Source: Octopus vulgaris (Eukaryota). Taken from it: DNA of 64,000 nt. Positions 1 to 13,375 of this stretch are shown piece by piece. The first letter of the stretch is position 1. Every line of letters begins with the position of its first letter. The notes beneath the pieces are model-generated. The model worked only from the letters and a program-made list of their open reading frames with translations, made no database searches and was not told the DNA's origin. The translations under genes were made by a program, and so were the position numbers. The DNA lies in NCBI GenBank assembly GCA_951406725.2, contig OX597816.1, positions 142,662,001 through 142,726,000 of the forward strand, read 5' to 3'.

Positions 1-1485
1 TTCATTTTTCTGATATAGTATATCCAGAAATACATTATCAAAGATGGCCTGCCTTCTTTTTATAATTTTTAAAAAAGTAATATAACTTAGCTGCATTTTG
101 TCTGTCCTTACATTCTGAACTTAAGTTCCACCGCTGTTCACTTTGCCTTTCATTCTTTTGGAGTTGATAAAATAAGTACCAGGAACATTATGCCTGACAT
201 AAATAGGATGGGATGGGATGGTCTTGGTTGGAATGCTTTTGGGCAAAGGTCTGCCCAATCAAAGGTGATTTGTGGCTAAGCAGTAATTATCCTTGTGTTC
301 AGTTACCAGAGTCTCTGTTGTTAAAACTGTTAGAAATTACACCAATGACTGCTTGTATCCCATTTTTCTATCTTAAAGAAAGTACACATTAAATAAAAGT
401 AGTTCTACATGTACTTTGGTTGAAAATAGATGAGATGGTTGCAACAGGAATGCTTTTGATTGTAGGTTTGCTGTAACAGGCTGACCTGGGACTAAAAAAT
501 TATCACCATTAATTTTTGTATAATGGATTCTAACTTATGGTTTCATCTTTATTGATTTTGAATTTTTAAGTGTACATTGGTATTTTGAGAAGTATTTTAC
601 ACCATATTGAGCATTTGCTCTTTTGGGTGTCTTCAGATAAAGAACTGTGATTATTAAATGCTTTTCAAAATGAGATGAACTTAGTGGAGAGTGAACTTTT
701 AAACTACTGGCATTAACAATATACCCTTATTAGTTTCTCTTAGAAAATATTATCAACCTTCTTCACTGTTTATTAAGTTATTTTTTGTTGCTTTTTTCAT
801 TTGTTGGATACCACAGAAATTATATCCAGCAAGCCTCGCCTTGAAGAATGTGAAAATGTCATTTTACTGAAAAGTATGGAATTAAGGTTATTGCTTTAGA
901 TTGTAACTTTATCCAACAGATTCTACTTAACAACTCATAATGCTATTTCACTGTAATATAAATTAAGATTTTGCTTGTCTGTTGCCTTTGGAATGTCTAA
1001 TGCTTAATCTGATAGACTTAAATGTCAGGTCATCTGTTTTAGCATTAAATGAAAACCCTTATGTCCTTAATTGGACCCTTGCTCCTTTTGAACCATTTAA
1101 TGAGTGTTCTTAATGCTGTAAATTATCCAGCTATTCATTGTTGTTTAAGGTAAAAGGGTACCCTCTGTTTTGCATATTATTTCAGTAAAATGTACTACAG
1201 ATACTTAAAACAAATGAGTTGGTGCCATTTTATATTTGTACTTGTTTTTTGTTAATTTTATAAAAGTCTGTTAAATTGTGGTTAGAATTGCTCTTATTTC
1301 TGTGAGTTTACTTTGATATATGATTATAGTTTTGAGTTTAGAATATTCTGTCCTATATTAAGCAAGATATTTCTAGTTACTTATTACCCTCATCATAAAA
1401 TGGATTTTTCATACATCTGTCAAACCTACAATACAGGAACCGAACTCTCTGAATAATTCTTTGCTGTCTTAATATAGAGACCAAG

Positions 1486-1701
1486 GGTGGCAAGCTGGCA
1501 GAATCATTAGCTTGCTGGGTGAAATGCTTAGTGGTATTTTGTCTGCCATTACATTCTGAGTTCAAATTCCGCCGAGGTTGACTTTGCCCTTCATCCTTTT
1601 GGAGTTGCTTACGCACTGGGGTCGATGTAATTGACTTTATCCCTTTGTCTGTCCTTGTTTATCCCCTCTGTGTTTAGCCCCCTGTGGGCAATAAAGAACT
1701 A
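1486..1701 (+). mobile_element. tRNA-derived SINE (family A, Meta/MESC-like central domain) with 15-bp TSD
   Basis: A-box-like GCTGGCAGAATCATTAGC and B-box-like GAGTTCAAATTCC, then GCCGAGGTTGACTTTGCCCTTCATCCTTT. Flanked by the direct repeat AATATAGAGACCAAG (1471-1485 and 1702-1716). Many other copies in the window. Confidence 0.85.
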
Positions 1702-2004
1702 AATATAGAGACCAAGTGTTTAAATCTGAAGTTGTATTTATTTTTAAAGAAATGCTGAATGCCTGCAAGAAAAAGTTTAAAAAAACTTCATTAACTGCCA
1801 TTCATATCCTTCTTACAACCATCTCCTTTCCTCAGAAAAGAGTCATGACTAAAATTTCAGAATTTACCCCTTATGAAATACACTTATTTATAAACTCTAT
1901 TGTTTATTTTTGTTGTTGATGCCAGGACATCCTTCAACACTTTTCCTCTTCTATATGTACTTTCTTATTGATTGAGGTTAATAATAATAATATATATATT
2001 ATTA

Positions 2005-2275
2005 AGTTTCGATTTGGGAGCAAATATTTAAGAAAAAGTGGAAGTGGATTGGTAGCACAATTAGGAAAGACACACCAAATGTAGCAAAAAGTGCTTTGTA
2101 GTGGAAACTGGATGGATATAGAAAGAGAGGTAGGCCTAAGAACTCGTGGCGTAGATCAACACAAAATGAACTTGAGAAAGGGGAACATTCATGGGAGAGT
2201 ATAAGTACAGAAGTGAAAAATTATGCGACATGGAATTCAGTTATAAGTGGCCTATACTCCGCGTTGGAGGGTTAA
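2005..2275 (+). mobile_element. RTE-clade LINE, 3' fragment of ORF2 (degenerate)
   Basis: Translates EQIFKKKWKWIGSTIRKDTPNVAKSAL*WKLDGYRKRGRPKNSWRRS, matching the RTE C-terminal pattern RWKWIGHTLRK...WNPQGKRKRGRPKNTWRR. Ends at a TAA followed by an A-rich tail. Confidence 0.8.
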
Positions 2276-2293
2276 AAGCAGAAAAAAAAAAGA

Positions 2294-2328
<35 letters not shown>

Positions 2329-2356
2329 CTAGCTGGTGTACCCGGTAATTCCCGGG
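2329..2356 (-). mobile_element. Helitron 3' terminus (GC hairpin + CTAG)
   Basis: Minus strand reads CCCGG-GAATTA-CCGGG-TACACCAG-CTAG|T next to a (TA)n tract. This is the canonical subterminal hairpin and CTRR end. The 5' end is not located. Confidence 0.6.
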
Positions 2357-4664
2357 GGTAAAGATGTTCTATTGAAACGCCTTATTACTCTGATATAAGA
2401 AAGCAGACTTGTGCAACATTAAATATTTAACTTGGCAGTTTGGAACTTAATTTGATATTTATCATTTTTGAATTAAATTAATTCATCCAGTTGAGGTAAA
2501 TGTCATAATTTGATAAACATTGTTTTAATCCAACACATTACTCTAGTTGTTACAAGTTATTTTCTTATTGGTAAATGTTGTTGAGTTGGTGGCTATCTCT
2601 TGTGCAAAACAGTAACAGTGAAGTAGCCTTTCAAATATCTAAATAACCCAGAGGTTTTGTCCAAATTTATTGGTGGTTAGCTACAAGTTATGACCAACAA
2701 TAGATCTATGATCGAAGGCATTAGTTATCATACTTTTTGTGTATCACAAAATCATGAGAATCACACATTACAACCTATCATGCAGTGATTCTATATTAGA
2801 ATACTATTATGCTTTCTTTTTATATATTTTTCTAAAATTCTCATAGTATCCATTCTAGAGAGGCAGAATAGATTATTTCAAACATTCAAGCGAAATTCTA
2901 TAGTCACTCCCTGTATCCAGTTTAGCAATCTTATCTCCTTAAAATAATCTTTGCAACAATAAAAAATGAGAACCATACCCTATTTTTTTATGATGGGGAA
3001 GAAATGAAAGAGTACTCATAATTAGGTTAATAATTGTCACATTTGTAAAGCATTAAGGTTAAAGATTATGCATTGCAGCTCTGTAAAAATATTCTACTCT
3101 TGTAAATTTGAAATAAATCATCTGAAAAAGAATTCACATTCAATTAATACAATCTTAATTTTTTAATATGATTATGAATAACTTTACATTAGTTTGAAAT
3201 CCAAATTTTTTAATTTATATTAATTAATGAGTTCTAGATGAATATTATGTATGTCAACTCATGAATTTTTAAAGTTTGGTAATTATTACTTGGTAATTAT
3301 TCTGAATGTCTTGATTTGAAAAATAAATTCTAATTATTTCTTTCTATATAATTTCTTATGCTGAATTTATATAATCATTATCATATCAATGAGGAGGTAA
3401 AGACTGTTGGTCAAGAGGTCAACTTGTAGTGAAAGTCCAATGTCTAATTTTCATTTCTGACAAAAGTCAGCTTGAAACATACTCAGGGGTGGAAAAAATA
3501 TGGAAAACTAGAAGTGCAGGCATTATCTTTCTGACAAAATTATCAGCTCTAGCAACATGTGCTCTATACCCCTTAACCACTGAGACATCTTATTAGAACT
3601 GAAATGATCTAGTCAACCCTTACCAATCAGACCTAATGATTAAAGGCATTCCAGTCATAACCATTTCTGTGGGGTTTTTTTTCATCCAGGTATGACATAT
3701 CTAAGACTGCAGTATCTAAAGTATTCTTTTTAAGATTGTTGGGTGTAGTTTGAAGGCAGTCTGCTTGCTCTTTCCAACAGGCCAAATGACAATGTTGATG
3801 CTTCCTCAATAGGTCTTCATTATTAGAAATATTATTAGTGTTTTACATTAGAAATAATCTCTCAACAAGTATATAAGTTTTTGATTCATGGTTGGTGTCA
3901 TTTGAAGTGGATAAAGCATGAGAATATTACAGCTTTCTGTTTTTGCTTCTCATGTAAAACCTATTTCATGGTTGTAACTCAAGTGTATGTTGTTGCTATG
4001 AATATTAATACAAGATCTTAAATACATAGAAAAAATTTTGGTTGTTCAATAATCTAATTGAAACACTACCATGTATGCTTTTAAGCAATCTTAGCAACTC
4101 ATCATAGTGAACCAGAATATCATGTTGTTGATGAAAAGCTTTGTTGATATTTACCATCTATTTCTAATTAGCCCTCAACTATTTTACAAGCTTTCTTTTT
4201 TATATCTTGGATTGAATGATTATGCAAATGTCAACATTTGCAAAATAGTCTGAACAAACAATTTTATGCTTACTGAAATAGTGCATCACTAGTTTCTTTA
4301 GATACCCCTATGTTGGCAATTAGTAAATAGAAAGTTCACAAAGCAGAATACATTGTTTGTCTGTCCTACAGCAAACTAATGTTTTAGGTAGACCTCCTTC
4401 TTCAGAGAAAGGTAATTGTAGCTGTTACTCCTTTATGTGAAAGTAGAACCTTTTGTTAACCATACAAACTTATACAAGTAAGCAAGAAGTTGGAGAATTG
4501 CTACAGCTGTAGCAAACAAATTACTTTGGTGATTTACAAATCCAAAGGATACATCTAAATAGCACAGTAAGTTTTACCTTACATCTTTATGGTGTTAAAA
4601 TAATACCAGTCAAGTACAGGGGTCACTATAATTGGATATGCTCTCCTTCCAGTTTTTAATTTTA

Positions 4665-4870
4665 TTTCTGGCAGAATCATTTGTGCATCTGACAAAATGC
4701 CTAACAGTATGTTTTGGCTTTTAATGTTCTGAGTTCAAATTCAATTGAAGTCACCTTTGGCTTTCATCTTTCTGGAGTTCAATAAAATAGAATACCAGTC
4801 AAGTACTAGGGTCAGTATAATTAACTGTTCCTTCCCCTCAAATCTGAGACCTTGTGTGTATGTAAGAACT
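4665..4870 (+). mobile_element. Degenerate family A SINE
   Basis: TGGCAGAATCATT...GTTCTGAGTTCAAAT...CTTTCATCTTTCTGGAGTTCAATAAAATAGAATACCAGTCAAGTACT, colinear with the 1486 copy. Confidence 0.7.
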
Positions 4871-6289
4871 TATTATAGGATGGAAGAATTAGATGAGACT
4901 GTACAATACTGGAGGAAATGCATTTCAGTATTTAATTAATCTCTTTGAAGAGATAAAATGCAAAGCTGACCATGATAATTTACAGATAATTCAGTCTATA
5001 AAAATAATTGTACAAATGTGGTTAGGTGATATAGTGGTGGCTGTCACAAGATTAGAACTCATGACCTTGTATCCAGTTGTTTTGTATTTTAATCTCACAA
5101 GTCTATTCTGCTTCATACAAGTAGTCTGTAAAAACCTAGTGGTATATCAGTTGGTAACAAGATGAAACAATCTGTACAATTGACATGTTCTATCATATTT
5201 AGAATTAAAAATACTAAAGAAAGATATATCTGAAACAGTTTTTGAAAATGTCTAAAGCCTAGCTGGCTCTAAATCTAACAAAATGGTGGTAGTGGTGATG
5301 GGAGGGTATCTTAGCTCATATCTGTATCATTTTAATCTCAACTGATTAGTATTAACTCTTTTATGGAGAGAAGTAAGATGAATTATTTTAGGATTAAAAA
5401 ATATAACTAGATTTTTTAAATGTCATTTTCAGGAGATTATTAAATATTCTTGGTATTTTCCTATTTTTATTAAATTCTTTTACATTTATCAATTTAAACT
5501 AGGTTGAGAAGTAGTTGTCAGAAGTAGAAATTGAGTTTTTGTAGTTGGCATTTGAAATAATGAAACTGATTTAGTATGTAATTTTGTTAGTGTCCAGTTT
5601 ATCTTTTCAACATGTAATACTTTTTTACATTTACTCAACATTTATCCTAACCTTGTAAAATATGTTGCTGAATAAAGCTTCTGTAATAATTATCTGCTAG
5701 AAAGTGCATTAGGAGAGAGTGAGTGATTTGTTGATGTTAATGCCTTTCTTGAATATTAAAAGAAATAAAGTGAAATAGTTGCAATAAATTAACACCAGAT
5801 TGTGGAGTAAATGCAAAACATTCCTCTACTCCACTAACTATATATCACATTATTGTACACAGAAAGCTAGTTCAATCCTAGGCTACAAGTTTCATGACTT
5901 CAGAAGAGCAGTATCCAAGGTTTTCTTTTTCTTTTTTAGAGCCTGTTCTCAAAAAAAAAAGAAAGTGGGCTTTCAAGAAAGGTACCCAATGACCAGGCAT
6001 TGGTCTTAAACTGCTCTATATATTAACTTTACCATCCAATAATAGGTACAGACCATTTGCTGGGCTTTTGCACAGTTTCATTTATAAGTTGTGTCACAAT
6101 ACAATGCTATGGTACCGGTGAATTTCCTAAGGTACTGTATTGCAGGATTGAACCTGACACAATATGATTGCATAGCAAACTTAATCTCACAATTATACCT
6201 GCATCAATAATACTTTATTCATCTGCAATAGTTCATGAAAAACAATTTTAGTGTAATTAGTTGTGTGAAATGGTAAATGTGCGACTGAA

Positions 6290-6520
6290 TACAAGAGTTG
6301 AATGAGAAAGTAAATTAGCATACATGAGCTAAGCTGATCTTTACAGGAGAGATGAATGTTTTGGAATGCACATGTAATAGATTATACATACTGGGCGTAC
6401 ATCTCTCATGACTAAGTGGATCAAAAACATCTACAGTAAAGATAGATTAAAGAAGATTTAACATTAACTAGTGAGGTTAGATATTGTTGATCCTCATACA
6501 TAAAGTTGGGAAAAATGAAG
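6290..6520 (+). mobile_element. Highly decayed RTE LINE fragment
   Basis: Reads KL(G)IHELS*SLQER*MFWNAHV with a frameshift; similar to KLGIRDIRCWLQERRLHWFGYV at 16313-16525. Confidence 0.4.
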
Positions 6521-8348
6521 ATATGAACAAATTTCTTACTATCAAACCCATACATGTATGTTAATATAAGCTGTTAAAAATACATGGATAATGATTTGCT
6601 CTGTGTCTGTATTTGTAATAGTGAATTGATATACTGTAATCATATATGAAGATAACATATTCCTTCTCTAAATCTATTCCTAGATGCTGGGTTTTGTTTT
6701 ATTAATGAAATTTATGAAAGTAATAAAAGAGAAGAAACAGAAAAATTTGGTATAATTAATTTGAAGACATGGACTAAATTCACGGGAACTTAGAGAATGC
6801 TTTGATTTTGATATCAAAGGTTGCTAGTATCAGATAGACTGAGATGAGCATGTTAAGAAATTAGTTGGCAGAAATTCAATTAGTATATGGGTGAAGCTTG
6901 TGAAAGATCATCAAATAAGAGGTAGATCAAAGTTGTTAACCGAGATATTGTTTAATGTTACATTTCGTTTTGTAGATAATTTCTAGAGATACTAGTGAAT
7001 GTAGAAGGGTTAATTAGTCAACCATGTCAGTATCACCAGCGTAAAATAATGAAATTAAAAAAAGATAAATCAACAGTAAAATTCTGTTATTGAATTAAAA
7101 TCTCTTTCAGAATTCCATTTGGCAAGTGCACATGTAAAGTTATCTTGAGTAATTTAATGATGCTTCAAACTAAGAGTTGTACTGAAATACTAAAAGATGA
7201 GGGTATATAACACAGATAGTTGAAGTTGACAGGTTACTGAGAAGTCATCTGATGCCACCAATTCATATACTGTTACTGACTGTGCAAGGTGTCCATGACC
7301 TTGACACTTAACTCTCAACAGTCATTTAGTAAGAGTCACAGGTTGCTGATTAAACATAGATTTGCTGTAAACCAAAGGTTCTCTATGGGGGCCATATGGT
7401 CTGGGGTATTTTGAAATGGGGGGAAATTTTGGAACAAAAGAGTGCTGGGGAGCGTAAGACTTGTAGGGTGCTGGAAGATCCTCAACTTAAGTAAGTTTGA
7501 TTTGAAATTAACAAATAGTAGCCATATTTTCACATCTCTTCAGTTTTATAAAATCCATGCCTTTTTGTTTCTAATTTTCAAAAACTTAATTCTTTTTTCC
7601 ACTTTGGTGATACCATGCACATTCCTGGTACCATTGTAACTAATGTTACTAAAGTGAAACCCCCAAAATAAAAACAACTAAAAACAGATGAATAGTGACA
7701 AATGACTAAAAGGAATAAAAAGCAATGAATAAGAGTGAAAATCTGAATGTGTGTATATGAGTGCAAAAATATAAAGAATGGTGGTCAGAATTTTGGATGA
7801 AACTGGCTTTTGGGAGTGGCTGATAGGTATATGTGTATGTATATGATTGCAATTGAACTTAAATTGACCTCTGGCTATTAAAGGCCCAATCACACAGGCA
7901 CACACACATACATTTGTTTTAGGTTTTGTACTCATTTGAACTGCAGCCATACACTAATGTGTTAAGTCTTATATTCCAAAATTTAAATTCTTAATTTGTT
8001 TTAATCATAAAATTACACTTCAGCTAAAACATATCTTTTGGCTTTGGAAAACAGAACCTCTTCTTTCTCTTTCTATATTTTTTTGTTAAGTTAGAATTTT
8101 CCTTTTTTTTTTTCTTGTATTAAGCAATGGATAGAAGCATTTAAAAATAAATTAATTCATAGAGCCGAACAAAATCAAAAATATTAATTTTAACCATAAT
8201 CCCTTTCCTTAATACTAATAAGAGCATAGTATGAGGGAAATTTGGATGTTATTTCTAGAAAATTGAACAGCCACACACAGCCTCATTGGTTCATTTGTTG
8301 ATGTGTATAAATAAACAAAAACTAAAGGAAACACACACACATGAATGT

Positions 8349-8542
8349 ATGAAAAAAAAAAGGTGTTCAGAATGATGGATGGTTGTAAATATATATATTT
8401 ATTTACATATCACATATTATTTCTTCATATTAGCACTTTCAGGAGTAGTTGAAAGCACTAATATGAAGAAATAATATGTGATATGTAAATAAATATATAT
8501 TTTTACAACCATCCAGCATTCTGAACACCTTTTTTCTTTCAT
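8349..8542. repeat. Long near-perfect palindrome (93-bp arms, 8-nt loop)
   Basis: 8349-8441 is the reverse complement of 8450-8542 with about 5 mismatches by eye; loop GGAGTAGT. Confidence 0.95.
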
Positions 8543-8654
8543 CTGTACATCACCCCCAATACTTCTAACATATGAATGTATGTATACATAATCTATAGCT
8601 TGGCTCAGTCTTCAGTTCTTGTCAGTGTCCAAATATATTATATGAATGTATTTT

Positions 8655-8841
8655 ATTTTTTATTGGTTTCAGTCATTTGACTGCAGCCATGCTGGAGCAA
8701 TGCCTTTAGTCACACAAATCAACCCCAGAACTTATTCTTTATAAGCCTAGTGCTTATTCTATCAGTCTCTATTGCTGAACTGCTAATTTATGGGGATGTA
8801 AACACACGAACATCGGTTGTCAAGCAATAGTGGGGGGACAA

Positions 8842-8850
<9 letters not shown>
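8655..8850 (-). mobile_element. SINE 3' portion (family B variant tail), followed by (CA)/(TA)n
   Basis: GGTTTCAGTCATTTGACTGCAGCCATGCTGGAGC...TTGCTGAACTGCTAA...; a related copy lies at about 57935-58080. Confidence 0.7.
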
Positions 8851-8875
<25 letters not shown>

Positions 8876-8888
8876 GTATACATAATTT

Positions 8889-9254
8889 GTGGGATCTATT
8901 CTGTTTCACTCACAAAATCTACATTTTTAAAAGGAAGTAATAATTTTGAAAATCGATCCTTTATGTGTTATGTAGTATTGAAGTTGGATGTATAAATTTC
9001 ACAGGTTACAAACTTAAAGTTGACACCTAAGTTGACACCACTACAATGCAGAAAAATTCTGTCTCATTATTGGCCTAAGATATGCAGTTTTTTCATTTTT
9101 ATTTTTTTTTTTAGACATCTGTAACTTTCTCATCAGATTTTTTCTCCAGAAGTTCATGGCTTCACAGGAAAACTGCATCAATATAACCAATTTTCAGATT
9201 TTTTACTTCCTTTTAAAGAATGCAGATTTTGTGAATATAACAAACTAGATCCAC
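8889..9254. mobile_element. Non-autonomous DNA transposon/MITE with ~50-bp imperfect terminal inverted repeats (TIRs)
   Basis: GTGGGATCTATTCTGTTTCACTCACAAAATCTACATTTTTAAAAGGAAGTAA is mirrored by TTACTTCCTTTTAAAGAATGCAGATTTTGTGAATATAACAAACTAGATCCAC. Similar right-end copies at about 10080-10113 and 10425-10473. Confidence 0.7.
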
Positions 9255-12200
9255 TGTTTGTTATAGCAGCGGGTCCTTTATAGCTGTTACATGGTAGCAT
9301 GCTGTGTTAGAAATAGCAGCCAAATCTTTCTATTTCTGGGTTCTGGGGAACTTCGAGGTCCCCCACCACCCTCCCCCTTTCTTTTCCAAAAAATAGTGGC
9401 TTATGGCGGGTTTGGCTGTTAGATATGTTGAATGCATGTGAAAAATCCAAGGTTTTTCTTTTTCTTCTTCCTGTCCTTACCAACAAACATTCATTATATC
9501 CGTTGTGAATGTACCGCTGTGCCTAGATTTACTACACATTTTTCTTTTAGGGATAACATCCTTTTCTTCAAAATAATATGCAGCATCCACCTCTGTTTTC
9601 AACATTTACTTCAAACTGGTACAGTTAAATGACTTGGATGTGGCCATTCTAGGCTTTTAGGCTTTTAGGCAAGAAAGAAGTAAACAAACACAGAAAAACT
9701 TCACGAAATATATGTAAAATACTATGAAAATTCACAAAAAATGCCTAAAATAAAATTCTAATTGATATAAGCACGGATAATATATGTCTTATAAAGCTTT
9801 CATAAAAATAACAAAATCAAAATATGTACAGAGAGACCATATGCAGATGAGACGCTTCAGCACAGTTAGAGGCAAAATAGTTGTCACATGTTGCTATGGT
9901 AACTAGCTGTCAATGCCTCGCTGTCTATTGATTGGCTAAAATTACACAAATTTTCCAACTTCAATTGCAAATAACATCAGATTCTTTAATTTACGAGATA
10001 AAGTAATTTGTTGAGTGTAATTAAAATTCCAAAGTCCATCCATAGCCCAAATTTGAAAACAATCTGAGTAAAACTAAGGGGGGCTGATTTTGTCTCTCAA
10101 ACTAACTAGATCCCAAGTAGCTACTAATGCGGGTGCACTTGTAAAAATTTACCCAAATACATACAGGCAAATACATAAATATAACAAAGAAAAAATGACT
10201 TTACAAGGGATTTATCTTTATTTAGAAACCTAGAATGAACAGGTTGCACAGGATACAACTTTACACAAGGTAGAACCTTAAAGCTGACACCATTCACTAT
10301 GACAGTTTATTATTGCCTAAAAATACGGTTCTTCGATTTTTAAATGTTGGTAACTTTTCCATCAAATTTTTTCTCAATACTTTGGTTCAAATGAGTAAGA
10401 AATGAATGTTTAATATGACAAATTTTTTACTTCATTTTAAAAGAGAGCTGATTTTGTGACTCTAACTAAATCCAAGTACAGTGAATACCATCCTCCACAA
10501 TTTGCTACTCATCTGAAGTACATATGTATTTTAACAATTTCTATCAGATACACTCTTTTTCTTGAGCATAAAAGCTCCTCTTCCCAGGTGACAATAACTT
10601 ATGTTAGATTGTTGCACAAGTTCTAACCATTTTGATAAAGGACATAGGAAACGTTTGAAATGATTTCATTAGCATTTACTTATACCAAAGAGCACTCTTT
10701 TGAAAGATCTCACAAGTGTCACATAGTGGAAATAAATGCAATTAACCAACTTTTATAAGACCATTTATTATTTCATTTTTTTTTTTTGCATCCCAATATG
10801 TACTCTGCTTGCATATGGGCGCATATGTAAAATGTCCTTTATTTTTTAATCATTATCTGCTGATATCAAAATAAATTGGATATTGAAAAATAAAAATATT
10901 TTGTAGGGGTGTCATCTGTGACTCCAAGAGTCAAAAGGAGGTGTTTGACCAAAATGGGTTGAGAACTTTTACTCTAAACAAGCAGACTTTTGATCAAAAG
11001 GGATTTGAAATGTGATCCATTAAGTCCATACCTTTTTTTTTTTAAGCAGGTGGGGTGGTATTTGAATGAGATTATGATGCTATTTTTAACAGATTAAGTG
11101 ACCATGTAGAGATCCCCTCATTGGCTCAAGATATCAATTTTGCATCTATTTGCTTATGTTGGTATCAGTTGAAGGGTCTACTTCATTTGAACTGCATCTC
11201 ATCACTGTTGTCATTCACTGTATTATGATCACTTGTCATCAGTTTCATGATGTCCAGCATTCGCTACTTCTTCCCACATTTTCCTTGATCTTCTGCAGGC
11301 CTCTTTCATGTGGTACTGCTTGATCCCGTCTTACTCAACTAACATCCTTCATGCATATTAATTAGTATATATACATTTCAGTGCTAGAAATAGCAGCAAT
11401 ATAAAATTAGTAATTCATTGTTGAGTTCTGTACTATGTACCTTACTCTATAGTAAAAGCTGTTGCAGTTGGGCTAGTGTAATATGCAGGGCAGTGGTAAA
11501 TGTCTCATATACCTAATATCATAGAATGATAGCTTAGGACACACTCAACAAACCATTGCGGCTTGTGAAGGGACAGATGGATATTTAGTAAAGAATAAGG
11601 GAATAGAGCCAGTATTTTTTCTATCATTTCTTAGTATTTTTTGTTAGATATGGGTGCCACTGAGGAAACTGAGTTCTGTAGTTTATCCTGAGGTCAGGCC
11701 TGGCTGAGCAAATCTGTAGTCAATGGCATTAGTTGTGGTCATGTTCCCTCCTGGAATGTAACTTATTTTTCATAATTGTTAAGTATTTAAAAAATACCTA
11801 TCTTTTTCTGGATAGGAATGTTAATTAAAATTGGTGGTTTAACTCCTGTGAGGATTTGAACTTGGAAATTTGAGGTTTGTAAGAGGAAATTTTACCACTG
11901 GGAACTGTCATTGGTAGTGACACATTTCTGAACTGTAAATGGGATGTATACTATTGACATTTTCTTGGCTTGGTATATCTTCTTCAAATTTCAGCTTGTT
12001 ACAACTCTCCAGAGGCAGTGTGAGACAAAATGTCATTGGAGATTAGAAGGGGAGGAACATGAATAAGTATATTGGTACACTAGTGATTTGAAATGGTAAA
12101 ATGTTTATTAACACTCTCACATCACCAAAAATGGGTTGTTGGGTTTATTTGGGTCAAATTTCTGGCTAGAAATTCTGTTGATTCATTCCAGACACTTCTT

Positions 12201-12339
12201 TTAATTATGTTTTGGTATTCTTTTCACTACATTGTTCCAAAGAATGCAATATTATTCAATGGTGTGCTCAAGTCTATACAGCTTTGTCAGTCTCGGGTAT
12301 AATATGCAGTGTTTCTGTTTCAGCTTTGTATTTTCTATT

Positions 12340-12440
12340 ATATGTTATTCTGCCTAATATGTATGCAGTGCCTAGTGTTGCTGTTGTTGACATATTGTGT
12401 CTATTTGTAAGTCCTGGAAATTTGGTTATACTTGTCTGTG
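12340..12440 (-). mobile_element. R4/Dong-type non-LTR retrotransposon C-terminal fragment
   Basis: Minus strand translates ITKFPGLTNRHNMSTTATLGTAYILGR, resembling the R4/Dong C-terminal motif PG...IQKxALLGTAHILR. Confidence 0.5.
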
Positions 12441-12734
12441 TGATGTCATTATTGCATTTATTTGTGTACTAGCATGCGAGTATTTGTTTGATGTAACAGC
12501 TTGGTCATTCAATTGAATGAAACTTTTGAATATAATGGATCACATGCAACTGCTGTATTAGGATAAATGTTGTACAAGACAATGACCCAGATATGATAGA
12601 GGCTTGGTTGTCATACAACAAGACTCTAAAGATCAGATCTATTTTTATTTAAACTAAATATGATAGCTCTATGAAAGGTTTCAGTAATGGTGAAACTCAT
12701 TAAATATAAGACAATGAATTTTAGCAGAATAATA

Positions 12735-13375
12735 GGTACAGATGTGACTGTGTAGTAAGAATTTTGCTTCTCAACTACATTGTTCCAGGTCTAATCTCAC
12801 TGTGTATACTTTGGGCAAGTTTCTTGCATTACAGTCCAACAAACATACTCTGGCAGCAAACCAACTGCTACAAAATTCAAACCAAGACAGATGGACGGAT
12901 GGAATGGCCTTGAAGTCAAAGATTTTAAACTAACGGATACAATACTTGAATATCACTTGAGGAAACACAACTGGATCTCATTATGCAAACAAACTGTTGC
13001 ATAATCAAATACCTGAATTTTTGGAGAACCATGTTGGGCGGAAACAATTGTGATTAAAAAATAACTGTCCAACTGTACTTCTTGTTGATTCCAATTTCTT
13101 CAATTATATATGTGTGTGTGTGTATGCATGTGTGTTACTATCTCCTTGCCTTGACATTGTGTGGCAGTTGTAAACAGGTGCCACCATCATGTAAGTGGTG
13201 TCCTTCATTTCCAATCTTTTGTGAAAACATGTCTGGTCATGAGGAAATCTTATCTTTCCTGGAACAGCTGAGCGGTAGTGACAAAAAGGGCATCTGGCTG
13301 TAAAAAATCCACCTCAACAAATTCCATATGGCCCAAGCAAGCATGGAAAAGTGAACATTTAATTAATGATGTTGA
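12735..13375 (+). mobile_element. tRNA-derived SINE (family B) interrupted by ~250 bp of other sequence
   Basis: Head GGTACAGATGTGACTGTGTAGTAAGAA...TTGGGCAAGT (12735-12830). (TG)n, body and tail CAAGCATGGAAAAGTGAACATT...ATGATG (13105-13375). Colinear with 54745-55095. Confidence 0.6.

Noticed and set aside
1486-1575. A/B-box sequences as possible tRNA genes
   Set aside because: No complete cloverleaf; they are SINE heads followed by body, tail and TSD.
12131-12170. ATGGGTTGT (MGC) as a possible NKAIN first exon
   Set aside because: Continues WVYLGQISG and then a stop; no RCTL..LC.LQ motif or suitable donor.
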